From positions 54,746,001 to 54,810,000 of the forward strand of contig OZ360230.1 in the NCBI GenBank assembly GCA_977017645.1: a stretch of DNA of 64,000 nucleotides, in the 5' to 3' direction. This document shows, piece by piece, positions 47,570 through 59,378 of the stretch (its first letter is position 1; every line of letters starts with the position of its first letter). Made by a program: the position numbers and the translations under genes. Source of the DNA: Torpedo marmorata (Eukaryota). A model generated the notes under the pieces. It was not told the DNA's origin and did no database searches. It saw only the letters and a list, made by a program, of their open reading frames with translations.

Positions 47570-50031
47570 TTCTAGTTTTTAATAACTCTCTCCATCAGAT
47601 CCACCAGCACCCTCTTCCACATTTGTAATCTATTTGACATCTCCTTAGAAAAAAAAAGAAAAAGATAAAAAAGAAACAAAAGTCTTAGTTTTAATTCGAA
47701 CTTGACGCACAAGTCCCCTTTTGTCCTGAATAGTCTCAATAATTTTTCCAAGTAACCAGGAGTTTCTTGGAGTTGAATCGTCCATACTAATTACAATGTC
47801 TCCTCAAAGTTCTTTTATCTCCAGAATCTTTGAGTTAAAATGTCGAACAGTAAACCTCAAATCTTCCTCAGACAAAATAGATACAGTTTTTCTTTTGAAT
47901 TTAACACGAGGCACTTCTTCCGCATGTCGTTTCACTTTATTTCTTTCTTCAGTATTCCACTTCTCATGTGAAGAATTTTAAACTCTTAGAACTAAAATTT
48001 GAATATTTATCTGATCCTCTCGATTTTAATAAACGAGTCTCTTTCACCACTCTGGTTTCCATTGCCTTTTCCTGCAATTCCAAATCCAATTTTGCAACTT
48101 TCAATTCAGTCTCAGTTCCTCCCAAGAAATTAATAACTTGATCTGAAGTGAAAATATCATGTGATACTTTGGTACTTCTATTGTCAACCCTGCTGAGGTA
48201 AACTTGAAATTTTTGAATTTCTTCATCTTCCTTGTTACATTTCTGCAATGCAATATCACTTTCTTTCTGCATTGTTAATAGCTGAACATTCAATTTACAT
48301 TCTTGAATGTTTTTAAAGTCAACTGTTTGGTATTATTAACCAATAACTTGTTCTCTTTCAAAATATTAATCTCTTCCTCCAACCTTTTACATTTTGATAA
48401 TGCTGAATCTCTTTCCTCAATAACTGTATTCATTTCTTCAGCAGTTATTCTTTTCTTCTGCTTTCTGACTTTGCGAATTTTACTTACAATTAAATCTTTC
48501 TGTTTACTGTTTTCATGATTATCTAATATTTCCAATTCCCCTTTCAACATTTTGTTCTCTGAATTCAATTGCATTAAATTATCATTCACATTCTTCTTTA
48601 TTCCATCAGCACAATTTCCTGCGTTCTCCAGTTTTACATCACATTGTAACATTTCTTCATTGACTTTGTCTGTTGTAATCTCTGAACTACAAAATCTACA
48701 TTCTAATTTGTTCTCATTCACTTGTTTTATTCCTGTATCTGATTCAATTACACAGGAATAATCAATAATATATGCAACATCTTCTAATACTTCATTTTCA
48801 TTCATTTCTGATGAACATAATTCCTTCAATGTTGTTTTAAATACCTTTGATTTATTTTCACATTGATCTATTTTCTTTTCTTCAAAAGTGATTTTCTTAT
48901 TCACAGTCTTTTGCTATTCCCTTAACTCATCAATTTTCACAACCAAAATCCCATTAATATTTATCGCTAACTGTTCCTGAGCAATATCATTATTTCTTTC
49001 CAATGGTCCATTGATTGTCCAACCAAGCTTGGTTCTAACAGCGTAAGGACAATTCCTTCTATTCCGTATTACATCTAGTGGTTCCAAAACCTTTGGCACA
49101 TCTGAACCAATCAACATTTCTATTTCAAAATTAACTTCAGGTAGACAAACATTTTTCAGATAAGACCACCATTTAATATCATTTTGATGAGGAATGTTTC
49201 CTTCATGCACAGGCATAGTCTTCTGAGTATATAAACTTGGAAGATCACAAAATTTTTCGTCATATAATCCACCAACCTCTAAGCCTGAAACAATGCTAGT
49301 TTCAACAATCTTTTCTTGTCCCATGGTTTTCAACATAATTCTTGACCTTCTTCCTTGAATATTAAGTTTGTTCATTAGTCCTTCCGTGCAAAATGATGCA
49401 GTACTGCCTGGGTCGAGAAATGCATATGTATGTACTATTGCATCCCCTTTTTGGTCTTGATTTGTACAGGCACTATTGAAAGTTTGCAGTAATCCACACC
49501 GGCCCCGGTAAGACCACTTGTCTGAACCGAGGTTATAACATTGTTTTCGGTTGTTTCCTTTGTTTCTGTCTGCTCCTTTTCCAATTCCTTGTTTCTTTGA
49601 TGGATATGCAACATTCTCGGATGTTTCAACTTACATATGTTACAATTAATTCGCTTCTCGCAGTTTTTACTGATGTGCCTGATAGGCGTATCAATAACAA
49701 CTCGAAGACTGTGAGAGCGAGTGAATCATAGGCTTTTATTGGCTAAGAATGGAGCTGAGCTTCCTCCTCGATCAGGTCCGGACTGAAGGGGGATGGCCGA
49801 GATACAGTGGCCTTTATTCAGGTGAGGAAAGGGGAGGGATTACCTGGACACCCAAGGGAGGGGAGGGAGTAGCATCAGTCCGGCCCGCAGTACCTATACG
49901 TACCACCAATACAAGCACAGTGGTTTACCACATTCACCCCTCCTTTTTTTTTAAAAAGAGTCCAGCGGGGTGACGTGACCACTCCATGTACACAAAAAAA
50001 ATATATACATATATACATACAGACCCTCCTT

Positions 50032-51270
50032 TCACAGATCGAGGCGATCCGGCGGCCGAATTTTTCGCTGTGACCTGCGTAATGGCGGGTCGGGCTGTGG
50101 TGCTGGGGAAGATATGAGTGACTGGGGAGGTGGTAGGGTTGTCTGTGCCGTCGCCTCCTGCCTGGCCTCTCGGAACGACTGCGATGCCGTTGAGGGGGCG
50201 GGGTCTAGCACATCGGGTGGGGCGTTAGGAAGAGGTTGCTGCGTGTTCTGTGGTACGTGGACTTGCCCGTCGGAATGCCCAACTGGCGCCCCATCAGGCG
50301 CCAGGTCTCTGATGGAGACGGTGTCTTCTCGTCCATCCGGGAAGACCACGTACGCATACTGCGGGTTGGCGTGCGCCAACTGCACCCTCTGAACCGTCGG
50401 TTCATATTTGCTGCTCCGAAGGTGGTTCCGGAGCAGCACTGGTCCCGGGGACATCAGCCAGGCAGGAAGGGAGGTCCCGGTGGTCGATTTCCTAGGGAAA
50501 GAAAGAAATCGTTCATGAGGAGTTGCGTTGGTGGAAGTGCACAAAAGGGATCGGATAGAGTGGAGGGCTTCGGGGAGAACATCCTGCCAGCGGGAGACCG
50601 GCCAGCCCTTTGACTTAAGGGCTAGGAGCGCGGCCTTCCACACCGTGGCGTTCTCCCTTTCCACCTGACCGTTTCCTCGGGGGTTGTATGCTGTTGTCCT
50701 GCTAGTGGCGATGCCTCGGTCCTGCAGGTACCGGCGCAGCTCCTCACTCATAAAAGCTGCTCCCCGGTCGCTATGTATGTAGTTTGGGAACCCAAACAGC
50801 GTGAATACCTGGTGGAGAGCTTTTATGGTTGAGGTAACTGAGGTGTCGGGGCAGGGGATGGCAAAAGGGAACCGCGAGTACTCGTCAACAATGTTTAGGA
50901 AGTACACGTTGCGGTTTGTGGAGGGGAGGGGCCCCTTGAAGTCAATACTAAGACGTTCAAAGGGGCGTGTGGCTTTGATCAGCTGTGCCCTGTCCGGGCG
51001 GTAGAACTGAGGTTTGCACTCTGCGCAAACACGACAGTCTCTGGTCAAAGCCCTGACCTCTTCCAGGGAGTATGGCAGGTTCTGTGCCTTCACGAAGTGA
51101 AAAAGCCTGGTAACTCCTGGGTGACAGAGGAGGTCATGTAGGGCAGTTAATCGGTCGATCTGCGCGCTGGCGCACGATCCCCGGGATAGAGCGTCTGAGG
51201 GCTCATTGAGCTTCCCGGGCCGGTAGAGGATGTCGTAGTTGTAGGTGGAGAGTTCTATTCTCCACCTCAT
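50032..51270 (-). CDS. RNase H C-terminal tail plus integrase
   Basis: RWRIELSTYNYDILYRPGK..DALSR; H..CHPG..CRVC; SIDFKGPLP, VDEYSRFPFA, SDRG, GNGQVER. Confidence 0.9.
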   Translation of the reverse strand: MRWRIELSTYNYDILYRPGKLNEPSDALSRGSCASAQIDRLTALHDLLCHPGVTRLFHFVKAQNLPYSLEEVRALTRDCRVCAECKPQFYRPDRAQLIKATRPFERLSIDFKGPLPSTNRNVYFLNIVDEYSRFPFAIPCPDTSVTSTIKALHQVFTLFGFPNYIHSDRGAAFMSEELRRYLQDRGIATSRTTAYNPRGNGQVERENATVWKAALLALKSKGWPVSRWQDVLPEALHSIRSLLCTSTNATPHERFLSFPRKSTTGTSLPAWLMSPGPVLLRNHLRSSKYEPTVQRVQLAHANPQYAYVVFPDGREDTVSIRDLAPDGAPVGHSDGQVHVPQNTQQPLPNAPPDVLDPAPSTASQSFREARQEATAQTTLPPPQSLISSPAPQPDPPLRRSQRKIRPPDRLDL

Positions 51271-51309
51271 GATCTTATCGTTTTTGATCTTCTTCTTCTT
51301 CTTCCACCT

Positions 51310-51625
51310 CCGACAAAGATGGCCGCCCCCGCGGCTCGCACGTGTCGCTGCTGTAAAATGGCGGCGGTAGGATCGCTGGAAGTACAGATGCGGGAGGTGC
51401 AGGAAGTGCCAGCATCAAAGATGGCCGCCTCCGCGGCTCACACGAGGCCGGTTCCGGAAGTGCCAGCATCAAAGATGGCCGCCCCGCGGTTTACACGAGG
51501 CCGGTTCCGGAAGTGCCAGCGTCAAAGATGGCCGCCCCCGCGGCTCGCACGAGGTCGGCGCTGGAAGCTGCTGCAGGTTCAGGTAGGATGGCTGCCCCCG
51601 CAGCTCGCACGCGGCGCTACTCGGG
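51310..51625. repeat. GC-rich tandem repeat of about 55-60 bp at the Gag 3' end
   Basis: GATGGCCGCCCCCGCGGCTCGCACG unit about 5 times; encodes CEPRGRPS motifs. Confidence 0.8.
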
Positions 51626-52437
51626 CCCGGGCGCGACTTGGAGCGGCAGGCCTTCACGTAATGGCCTTTCCTGCCGCATCCGGAACAATTCGCGTCGCGG
51701 GCCGGGCAGCGCTTCCGCGGGTGTTTTTCAAGCCCGCAGAAGTAACACTTCTCGGGCTCGCGGCTGGCGGCAGCGGCGGTGAGGATCGCGGTCGCGATGG
51801 GGTCGGCACAGATGGCGGCGGTCGCGATCGGGTCGGCACGGATGGCGGCGGCGGTCAGTTCGTTCACCGGGCTAGGGGATGGGGCCGACCACGCTGCGGG
51901 CTGGGCCTGCATGGCACCAGCGTTCTGCTGCGCGGTCTCCAGCGTGTTGACCATCGCTACCGCCCCCGCAAAGTCCAGGTCGGCGTGCTCTAATAGTCTC
52001 TGGCGCACGTCTACCGACCTGAGCCCCATGATGAACGCATCTCGCTCCACCACTCGCAAGTGTTCCTCCGCAGTCTGGGCTTTACAGTCGCACGCCCGTG
52101 CAAGTGACTGGATGGCCCTGACATATTCCACAGTCGATTCCCCGGTTCGCTGCCTCCGTGAGTAGAGCCGGTATCGCGCGTAGACCGCGTTGACGGGCGC
52201 TAGGTAGATTCCTTTCAGGGCCCCGATGGCTCCCGTGTAGGTTCGGTGTTCTCTTACCGTCGTGTACACCCGATGGCTCACCCTGGAGGTCAGGACTCTC
52301 AGTTGTTCCTCTTCACTTTCGGCTTTCACTGTGAACATGAACGATTCGAGGCAGGCCAGCCAGTGTTCAAAGATGTTACCAGCCTCGGGGGCTAGGTGGT
52401 CGAGGTCTAGGATAGCTGGTCGTAGTGCTCCTTCCAT
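51469..52437 (-). CDS. Gypsy Gag with two CCHC knuckles
   Basis: ARYRLYSRRQ..GES, RDAFIMGL, CYFCGLEKHPRKRC, CSGCGRKGHYVKAC. Confidence 0.88.
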   Translation of the reverse strand: MEGALRPAILDLDHLAPEAGNIFEHWLACLESFMFTVKAESEEEQLRVLTSRVSHRVYTTVREHRTYTGAIGALKGIYLAPVNAVYARYRLYSRRQRTGESTVEYVRAIQSLARACDCKAQTAEEHLRVVERDAFIMGLRSVDVRQRLLEHADLDFAGAVAMVNTLETAQQNAGAMQAQPAAWSAPSPSPVNELTAAAIRADPIATAAICADPIATAILTAAAASREPEKCYFCGLEKHPRKRCPARDANCSGCGRKGHYVKACRSKSRPGPSSAACELRGQPSYLNLQQLPAPTSCEPRGRPSLTLALPEPASCKPRGGHL

Positions 52438-54280
52438 CAGAAGTTCTTTAGCCAATAAAATTGATAGGCCTATCAATAACAACTCGAAGACTGTGAGAGC
52501 GAGTGAATCATAGGCTTTTATTGGCTAAGAATGGAGCTGAGCTTCCTCCTCGATCAGGTCCGGACTGAAGGGGGATGGCCGAGATACAGTGGCCTTTATT
52601 CAGGTGAGGAAAGGGGAGGGATTACCTGGACACCCAAGGGAGGGGAGGGAGTAGCATCAGTCCGGCCCGCAGTACCTATACGTACCACCAATACAAGCAC
52701 AGTGGTTTACCACAGTGCCCTTTACACAGACAGCTAAAACATATTCCATTTTCCTTTAAGAAAGCAATCTTCTCATTATGTTCCTTCTTTTCCAACCGTA
52801 AACACATTTCCAAAGCATGTCCACCTTTACAGAACAAACAGCTCTTCTCATCAGGCAAACTTTCCTTTTCCTTATTTACTTTGTCCTTTTCTTTATTTAT
52901 AATTGACACATTAGTAGCAAAAGTACTCCTTTTCAATTTCAGACGAGTCTGTGAGTTGGACCTCCTTACATCTTTGTTCCCCATTGAATTGTCTCTAATA
53001 TTTCCATATATTGGATCTGTTTCAATGTACACCTGTCGTTCAAGAAAATTTACCAAGTCCTTTAAGGTAGCTCTTCGACTGTAATTTTCTTGTAAATCAC
53101 AAGCCAACTTTCTCCATCTATCCCACAACTTGTAAGGTAATTTTTCTAAGATGATTTGCATACTACCAGGCGCTTCAAGCACACGAATATTATCGATATC
53201 TTCCATGGCATTACAACATCCTCTTAAAAATAGAGTATACTCTTGTAGAGCCTTTACATCATTCTGTTTTATTGATGTCCATTTAAGAGCTTTATCCATA
53301 TAAGCAAAAGCAATTCGATGCTTGTTGCCAAAATGTTGTTCTAATAAAGCCTTAGCTCTGTCTAATCCTCTTTCTGAAGACATATGTTGACAACTCTTTA
53401 CAAGTTCTTTTGGATGTCGCTTTGTGAACATTTCCAAATAATAAAGACATTCATCACGATCTTGGCATTTATTTTCAATATTGCGTTTGAAAGATCTCAT
53501 AAATGATTGGTACTGAAGTGGATCACCATCAAAAGTTTGTATCTCTTTCTTGGGCAAAGAAGAGAGAGACTGTAACTGAATCAATGATGCAGCAATTTCA
53601 TTTTGTCTTTCCTTGTATGACAATACATTGCTCTGTTCACCACCTCTTGTTACAGGTAATGTATCTGGAAACCTCACTGGTGTAGTTTCTTCCATATTTT
53701 TGATGCTTGACTCAAATAACAAGGGAGCTGCATCGTTTGACCGAACCCAAGCCACAGCTTTGTCTTCAGATGTTACCATTGGTACATGTGACTTAATACC
53801 AATATGCTCTTGAAGGTTTTGTCCTTGTATTTGCAAGTCTTGTACCCCTGGTGCTAAAATATCTATCCTTTTGGTTGGTTTATTTTCCTGTGACTCTTTT
53901 TTGAAATATGACCTTTTATTATCAGACATTTTGGATAATTTACTTTAAGCACCAGATACCATTGAGCCTTCTATTGCTTTCTTTCTGGCTCTGCAATAGC
54001 AATATCTGTTTTTAGCTCATGCTGCTCTTTTTTCTTTCTTAGCTGCTCTTGTCTCTTCCTTAGCTGTTGTCTCTGCCTTAGCTGTTCCTCCTGTTGGCTC
54101 TGCTTTAGCTGTTCCTCCTGTTCTCTTAGTTCCTCCTCCTGTTCTTCTAAAACATGTTTATCCTTAAGAGAATTTTGTCATGCAATAAGAGCGGCCAAGT
54201 CAACTTCAATCTTTGTATGTGACGATGCAGAACTTGAAGTACAAGAAACTCTGGAGCTCAAACCAGAACTTCGTTTGCTT

Positions 54281-54385
54281 TGATGAAGGGCTCAAGCTGA
54301 AACATCGGTTATGTATTTCTACCTTTGCTACATAAAAGACACTGTTTGACCTGCTGAGTTTCTCCAGCATTTGTGTTTTTTACTT
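54281..54385 (+). mobile_element. Short Penelope pLTR inserted in BEL gag
   Basis: TGATGAAGGGCTCAAGCTGAAAC...; flanking repeat TT(C/T)GTTTGCTT. Confidence 0.85.
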
Positions 54386-55265
54386 TGTTTGCTTCTCCTG
54401 CTTTCAGCATTTGAGACACTGTCACTTGCTTGTATTTCGTCCTGCAGGTCATATGTTAGCTTCTTACTTACCTCTTTCTCCAACTCAAATTGTACATCCT
54501 TTGCATCTTCACCCTCTTCATCCTCTTCATTTTCTTCATCCTCTTCATTTTCTTCATCCTCTTCATTTGGTGACACAATTTCAGCCATTTCATCTGACGA
54601 AGCTGCCTGTTCTTCCTTTGCCAGCTTCAATATTGCGATGAGAACCTTTTTATTTCCACTTATATCTAGTTCCAGTCGCTTCAATTCTTTTTTAATATCC
54701 ACAATCTTCATGTCTTTAATACGTTGGCCCTTAACAGCAACATCAGCGGTTGCTGCGTCAGCTGCTGATACATCAGTGGCTTCTACATCAGAGGCTGCTG
54801 CGGCCATTTTACTCGTCTTGTTCCACTGTCCTTCAAGCATACACAACACTAGCCAAATCAACAGTCCCCAATGGACTAGCGGCAGCAAATCCAATCTGTG
54901 TTCTAATTTGCCAAAGATACACAGAAGGAGTCCACAGACTTATGCCTACCACTTCAGAACACTGTAATGTGCTGCTATTCACAAACGAGTTTAAACCACA
55001 ACATCTGTCAATAATATCGCTGATTTTCCAGAAATGGTTTCTCCAACGTATTTATAGTACACTTTAATATAAGATTTGAAGCTTTAAATCCCTCTCTGGC
55101 TGTTACACATGGCAGATGGATGTGGATTACAAACTGCCCCCAACTCGAGGCATCTCCAAGATGGCCACCATTTTATTTTAAATATCAGTCCAAAGCACAG
55201 AGAGATTATTCTATCTTCTTTCCTTCAATTTTCTGTTCCAAACAACCACTTTCATTGACTAATTA

Positions 55266-55842
55266 TATAGTGACTTCAATCCAACAAATAGTGACTTGGA
55301 AGCTAGGTGAGATACTTGTTCTTGACGCATTTCAATTAATTTACTAACGTCCAATATGTTCAAAAAACTTTATTTACACACGTGACTTGCAGCAATCTTC
55401 AATGACTTAAATATCTTCTTTAAATTAAATATAAACAATTCTTGATAACGATGTTTAATATATTCCTTTAAACTATTCTTTTGACTGTATTTAAACGTTC
55501 AATGTAACGGCTTCAAACAAATTCAAACGATCAATGAAACGGTCAATGAAAGATTTGGCGATCTCACTCACCCTCCTCCATCGCCATTTTTTTCTATTCT
55601 TTTTATTCCGATTCGCGCATGCTCAATGCGCATATTCCACCGCGCACACTCCACCGCGCACACTCCACCGCGCACACTGCCGTCAATTCCCAACTGCACA
55701 TGCGCCTGTTGGCACTCCCGCGCATGCGCAGAGTACTAAATAGACCTAGCACAGCCTACCATACACCGCGACTCCTCCGTAACCCGCCGAGACCATCGGA
55801 GCGCCGCGACCAAGGTAAGTAATTAAGCATATAGCTCTTACA
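55266..55842 (-). repeat. BEL copy 2 5' LTR
   Basis: Starts TGTAAGAGC on the minus strand; shares blocks with the copy 1 LTR. Confidence 0.88.
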
Positions 55843-55904
55843 GTACGAGTTCAATTTCCTGTCATAGCAGCTGGTAAATTTACATCCAGTGATTTAAATA
55901 AACC

Positions 55905-56220
55905 ATCACCTTCTTCTCCTGAGTCAGTTCATGGGATTGAGGGGAACTTGCTTTCAGTTCAGTTCTGTGAGTTCTGAGGTGGCTGACGAGCTATGAGAGG
56001 GGACCTCAGATTATTCCATCGATGGGCAGGAGGGGCAGGGCGTGGCTAGTTTATGAGAGGGGACCTCAGCCTCTTCCACCGAGGGGCAGGGGGGCAAGGG
56101 AGTGGCTAGTTATGAGAGGGGACCTCAGACTCTTCCACCAATGGACAGGGGGGCAGGGAGTGCTTAGTTTGTGAGATGGTGCATCCCGCCTGCTGCTTAT
56201 TCAGGGCCTCCTCGTACTTC
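55905..56220 (-). mobile_element. Probable RTE LINE 3' remnant with a three-copy ~60-bp tandem repeat
   Basis: ATGAGAGGGGACCTCAG unit near 55993, 56053 and 56112; flank resembles recalled RTE 3' ends. Confidence 0.45.
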
Positions 56221-56625
56221 CGTTACAATGCACAAGGAGGCCTTTTGGCCCAGTGAGTCCATGCTAGCTCCTTCAGCAAACATGTCCCAATAGTTCCAGT
56301 ACCATTCTCCCTCTTCTTCATCACCTACACATGCTCTCTCTTCCATGGTGATGAAGTTAGAATCAGAGAGCAGAAAGCAAACAGGCCCTATGCCCTATTT
56401 ATCTATGTAACATATGTAAATCTACTCCACAACAATTTCCCTGCCTCATACCCATAGCTCTCTATGCCTATCTAAGTCTTTTGAATGTCCTCCATCACCA
56501 TCCCCAGCAATGCATTCCAGGCACCCACCACTATCTGTGTAAAAAAAAATTACCCCTGACGTCTAACCTAAACTTTCCTCCACTCACCTTAAACAGATGC
56601 CCTCTGGTGTTTGCTATTGACATCC
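56220..56625 (-). mobile_element. CR1 3' fragments
   Basis: 'gcaatgcattccaggcacccaccact..tgtgtaaaaaa', as at 12570. Confidence 0.7.
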
Positions 56626-56689
56626 CAGACATCTGAATAAAACCAGAAAAAAGTACTCAGCAGGTCAGGCAGCTCAGGTCAGGTCAGGA

Positions 56690-57505
56690 AATGGCGGCGT
56701 TGCTGGAGCCGCTGTAGCGGCAGCGCTGCCGCTGGTGCGGACCCGCAGGGAGCGGAGATGCAGTGCTCCCGCGGGGTCCAGCCGCCCAGTCGACCGCCGT
56801 TGGCTCCGCACGGGATTTGAACGGCCCATTGAGGGAGCCAACGGTGGTTTTGTTTGAGATCCCGCGACCGCGGGGTCTGCGCCCAAGATGGCAGCGCCTA
56901 TTAATCGGCAGCAGCTACGAGGGGCTGCAGACTCCGGGGAAGTGGAGGACTGGAGCAGGGCACCAGAGGACGGGAAGATCATCCCCGTCTGAGAAGGAGA
57001 AGCGGAGGAGGAGACCCGCCGGACAGTGAACACGGCGGCGGACCAGTGAGGGGCTCTGAGGTTGAAGGACCAGTGCATGCGGCGGGCTGCTGACGACTCG
57101 AGGCAAGGAACCCGTGGAGGCTGTGGGCTGCTGGAGACTGCTGTCGGGAGACTCGCGCCGGGCTGCGGACTGCTGGAGACTGGCTCGAACTACCAGGTAT
57201 CGGAACCGGGATGTGAGGGGGTGCCGAGGGCGCCGAAGGGTTCCTGACCGTGTCGGAGGTTCGGATCTGGAGCTCGGGTTGCCGATGGTTTGGACTGGAC
57301 TCTGTGTGGCTGCTGAGGCTGCGGAAGCGCTGGAGGCGAATCTACGGACACTCAGTGACTCTGGGGGACTCTCTTTTGCTTCTCTTTCTCTGACTTAGGC
57401 AGTTTCTGCCGGTGGTGAATCTGCCTGCCTTGCATCAGGCAAAAAGAAATTTCATGTAATATGACACTGTTTTATTACTTTGACAATAAATTTAATCTTG
57501 AATCC
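56690..57505 (+). mobile_element. Family X repeat, most complete and CpG-rich copy
   Basis: AAATGGCGGCG start; GACAATAAATTTAATCTTGAATC tail; no long ORF. Confidence 0.82.
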
Positions 57506-57896
57506 TTCAGAGAGAGAATAACAAAGTAACCTTCGTCACTGCAGTACTCAGGTGACCTGAACACTTTTTTTTGTCAAAGTAAATGCTCCAGACCATCCCC
57601 CCCGCCCCCCCCCCCCCCACCCACAGACCCTCAGCTAAGAGCATCAGTGGAGCACCAGAAGGAAGCAGTTGAGTTCCACAGCAGAGTTAATGCTTCAGGT
57701 TGAAGCATCTTTGTCAGAACTTGGGAGAAACAAGAGTTAGCATTTGACATTGAAAGCCCTTTGTCATATCTGGATGGAGAGATTTTTGACTTGAAACGTC
57801 ATCCATGGTCTCTCTCCACAGATGCTACCTGACATGCTGAATGTTTCCAACCTGTTCCGTTTTTGTTTGTGTTCACTTAGCTGGCAAAAGCCCCAT

Positions 57897-58375
57897 CCAG
57901 AATCAGAATCAGAATTTATTTTTATGAACATGTCACAAAATTCGTTATTTTGCGCAGCATTACAGGTGCAATATTGCAAGGTTACATTTAAAAAATAAAT
58001 AAATTAGTGTAAAAGAAGAGAAAGTAAGTTTGTGTCTGTGGCTGCCCGCTGAAGTGGTGAATGCGTGCTCAATTTTAACATTTAAGAAGAATTTGGACAG
58101 GTACATGGATGGGAGAGGTATGGAGGGCTATGGACTGGGTGCAGGTCAGTGGGACTAGGCAGAAAAATGGTTCAGCACAGACTAGAAGGGCCAAAGGGGC
58201 CTGTTTCTGTGCTGTAATGTTCTATGGTTCTATGGTTCATTGTCCATTCAGGAATCTGATGGCAGAGGGGAAGAAGCTGTCCTTCTGCCACTGGGTGTTC
58301 GTCTTCAGGTTCCTGTACCTCCTTCCCAATGGTAGCAGTGTGAAGAGGGCATGGCCTGGGTGGTGGGGGTCCTAG
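57897..58375 (-). mobile_element. Rex1 3' end with a CR1 tail (58045-58235, +) inserted
   Basis: (AGAATC)n tail; 'cattcaggaatctgatggcagaggggaagaagctgtcc'. Confidence 0.75.
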
Positions 58376-58862
58376 CACACTATTGGTATGTCTAGGTTTG
58401 TTTCATAAAAGTCTGACGTGATGACAATTTCTCTACGATGAGAAATATTGCATTGGGAATGTGGGACACATCAGGAATGTGTGACGCGTTGAGAATGACG
58501 TCATCCTGTTGCGAAGGGAAATCAAATCAATGTCTGGGACATGAAAACATTGAATGACACCAGAAATTAAACAGCCTGGTTAAAATTAAATTTTCAGAGT
58601 GATGCGAAACAACTTGTCATGTCACACAAAGGAGAAAGGAAATGTTTTTCCATTGTGTAATACTGAAAAAATGAGTTATGTAACTGAATTTCCAGACAAA
58701 TATATTTTGTTTCTGGGTCATGATTTACAAATATATTGTTACAGGCACAGAGCAGATTACAATTAGATTCATTTGACTTGAATTGAATTGTTTATTTTCA
58801 CATGTACCAACATACAGCGAAAAAAATGTTTTGCCTACTATCCAGGCAAGTCAACCTGAACT

Positions 58863-59378
58863 TAGTAAAAACGCAATGCTGGAGAAACTCAGCAGGTCGA
58901 ACAGTGTACTTTATGTTGCAAAGATACATAACCAATGTTTCGGGCTTGAGCCCTTCATCAAGGTATGGAAAAATGTCGGCAGGCATCTGAACAAAACTTT
59001 TGCGGCTTCTGCGAACCTACTCTCCATTCTCCCTCCCTTCCCTTCTACTTGACTGCTTTCCCTCAGATCTCCACCCCCTTCTCCCTCTATTCACCCAGCC
59101 ATCCCTCCTCCCCCAGCTTGCTGCTGTGCCCTCCCTCCCTTCCCCACCTATTACCACCTGCCTTTGGGACTGTGCACCTCCTCCCACCCCTCCCCCCTTA
59201 CTTTTTTGTTCGGGCACCTGCTGTCATTTTTCCATACCTTGATGACGGGCTCAAGCCCGAAACGTTGGTTATGTATCTTTATCTTTGCTATATAAAGGAC
59301 ACTGTTTGACCTGCTGAGTTTCTCTAGCATTGTGTTTTTACTTCAACCACGGTGTCTGCAGACTTTCATGTTTTACTT
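58863..59378. mobile_element. Penelope 3' end with an inverted 5' pLTR
   Basis: 58865-58990 is the reverse complement of 59213-59342. Confidence 0.88.

Larger units (their letters stand above)
42745..47680 (-). mobile_element. L1-clade LINE, 5'-truncated in the inter-ORF region
   Basis: Poly(A) at about 42744-42752; 3'UTR and inter-ORF sequence shared with the L1 at 27449-35638. Confidence 0.93.
49680..52714 (-). mobile_element. Gypsy/Ty3 LTR retrotransposon, internally deleted (Gag and integrase only)
   Basis: 253-bp LTRs 49680-49932 and 52462-52714 (TG...CA on the minus strand, 1 difference seen); TSD GTGCC; PPT AAAAAAGGAGGGG; inserted in the second zinc knuckle of BEL Gag. Confidence 0.95.
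47681..54840 (-). pseudogene. Disrupted SAP-Gag-PR-coiled-coil ORF of BEL copy 2
   Basis: Fragments 54328-54894, 52715-53929, 49435-49629, 48914-49375, 48290-48904 and 47964-48293 are collinear with the 30399-34319 protein. Confidence 0.9.
42586..55842 (-). mobile_element. Second, older BEL/Pao copy of the same pol-less family, multiply interrupted
   Basis: TSD GTACG at 42581-42585 and 55843-55847; 5' LTR about 55266-55842; 3' LTR remnant 42586-42745; ORF pieces homologous to the 1306-aa ORF. Confidence 0.92.

Noticed and set aside
27449-55842. One large inverted segmental duplication or assembly artefact
   Set aside because: The two nests have different TSDs, opposite nesting order and diverged sequences.
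58490-58510. Isolated CRE TGACGTCA
   Set aside because: A single 8-mer is expected by chance in 64 kb and has no supporting context.
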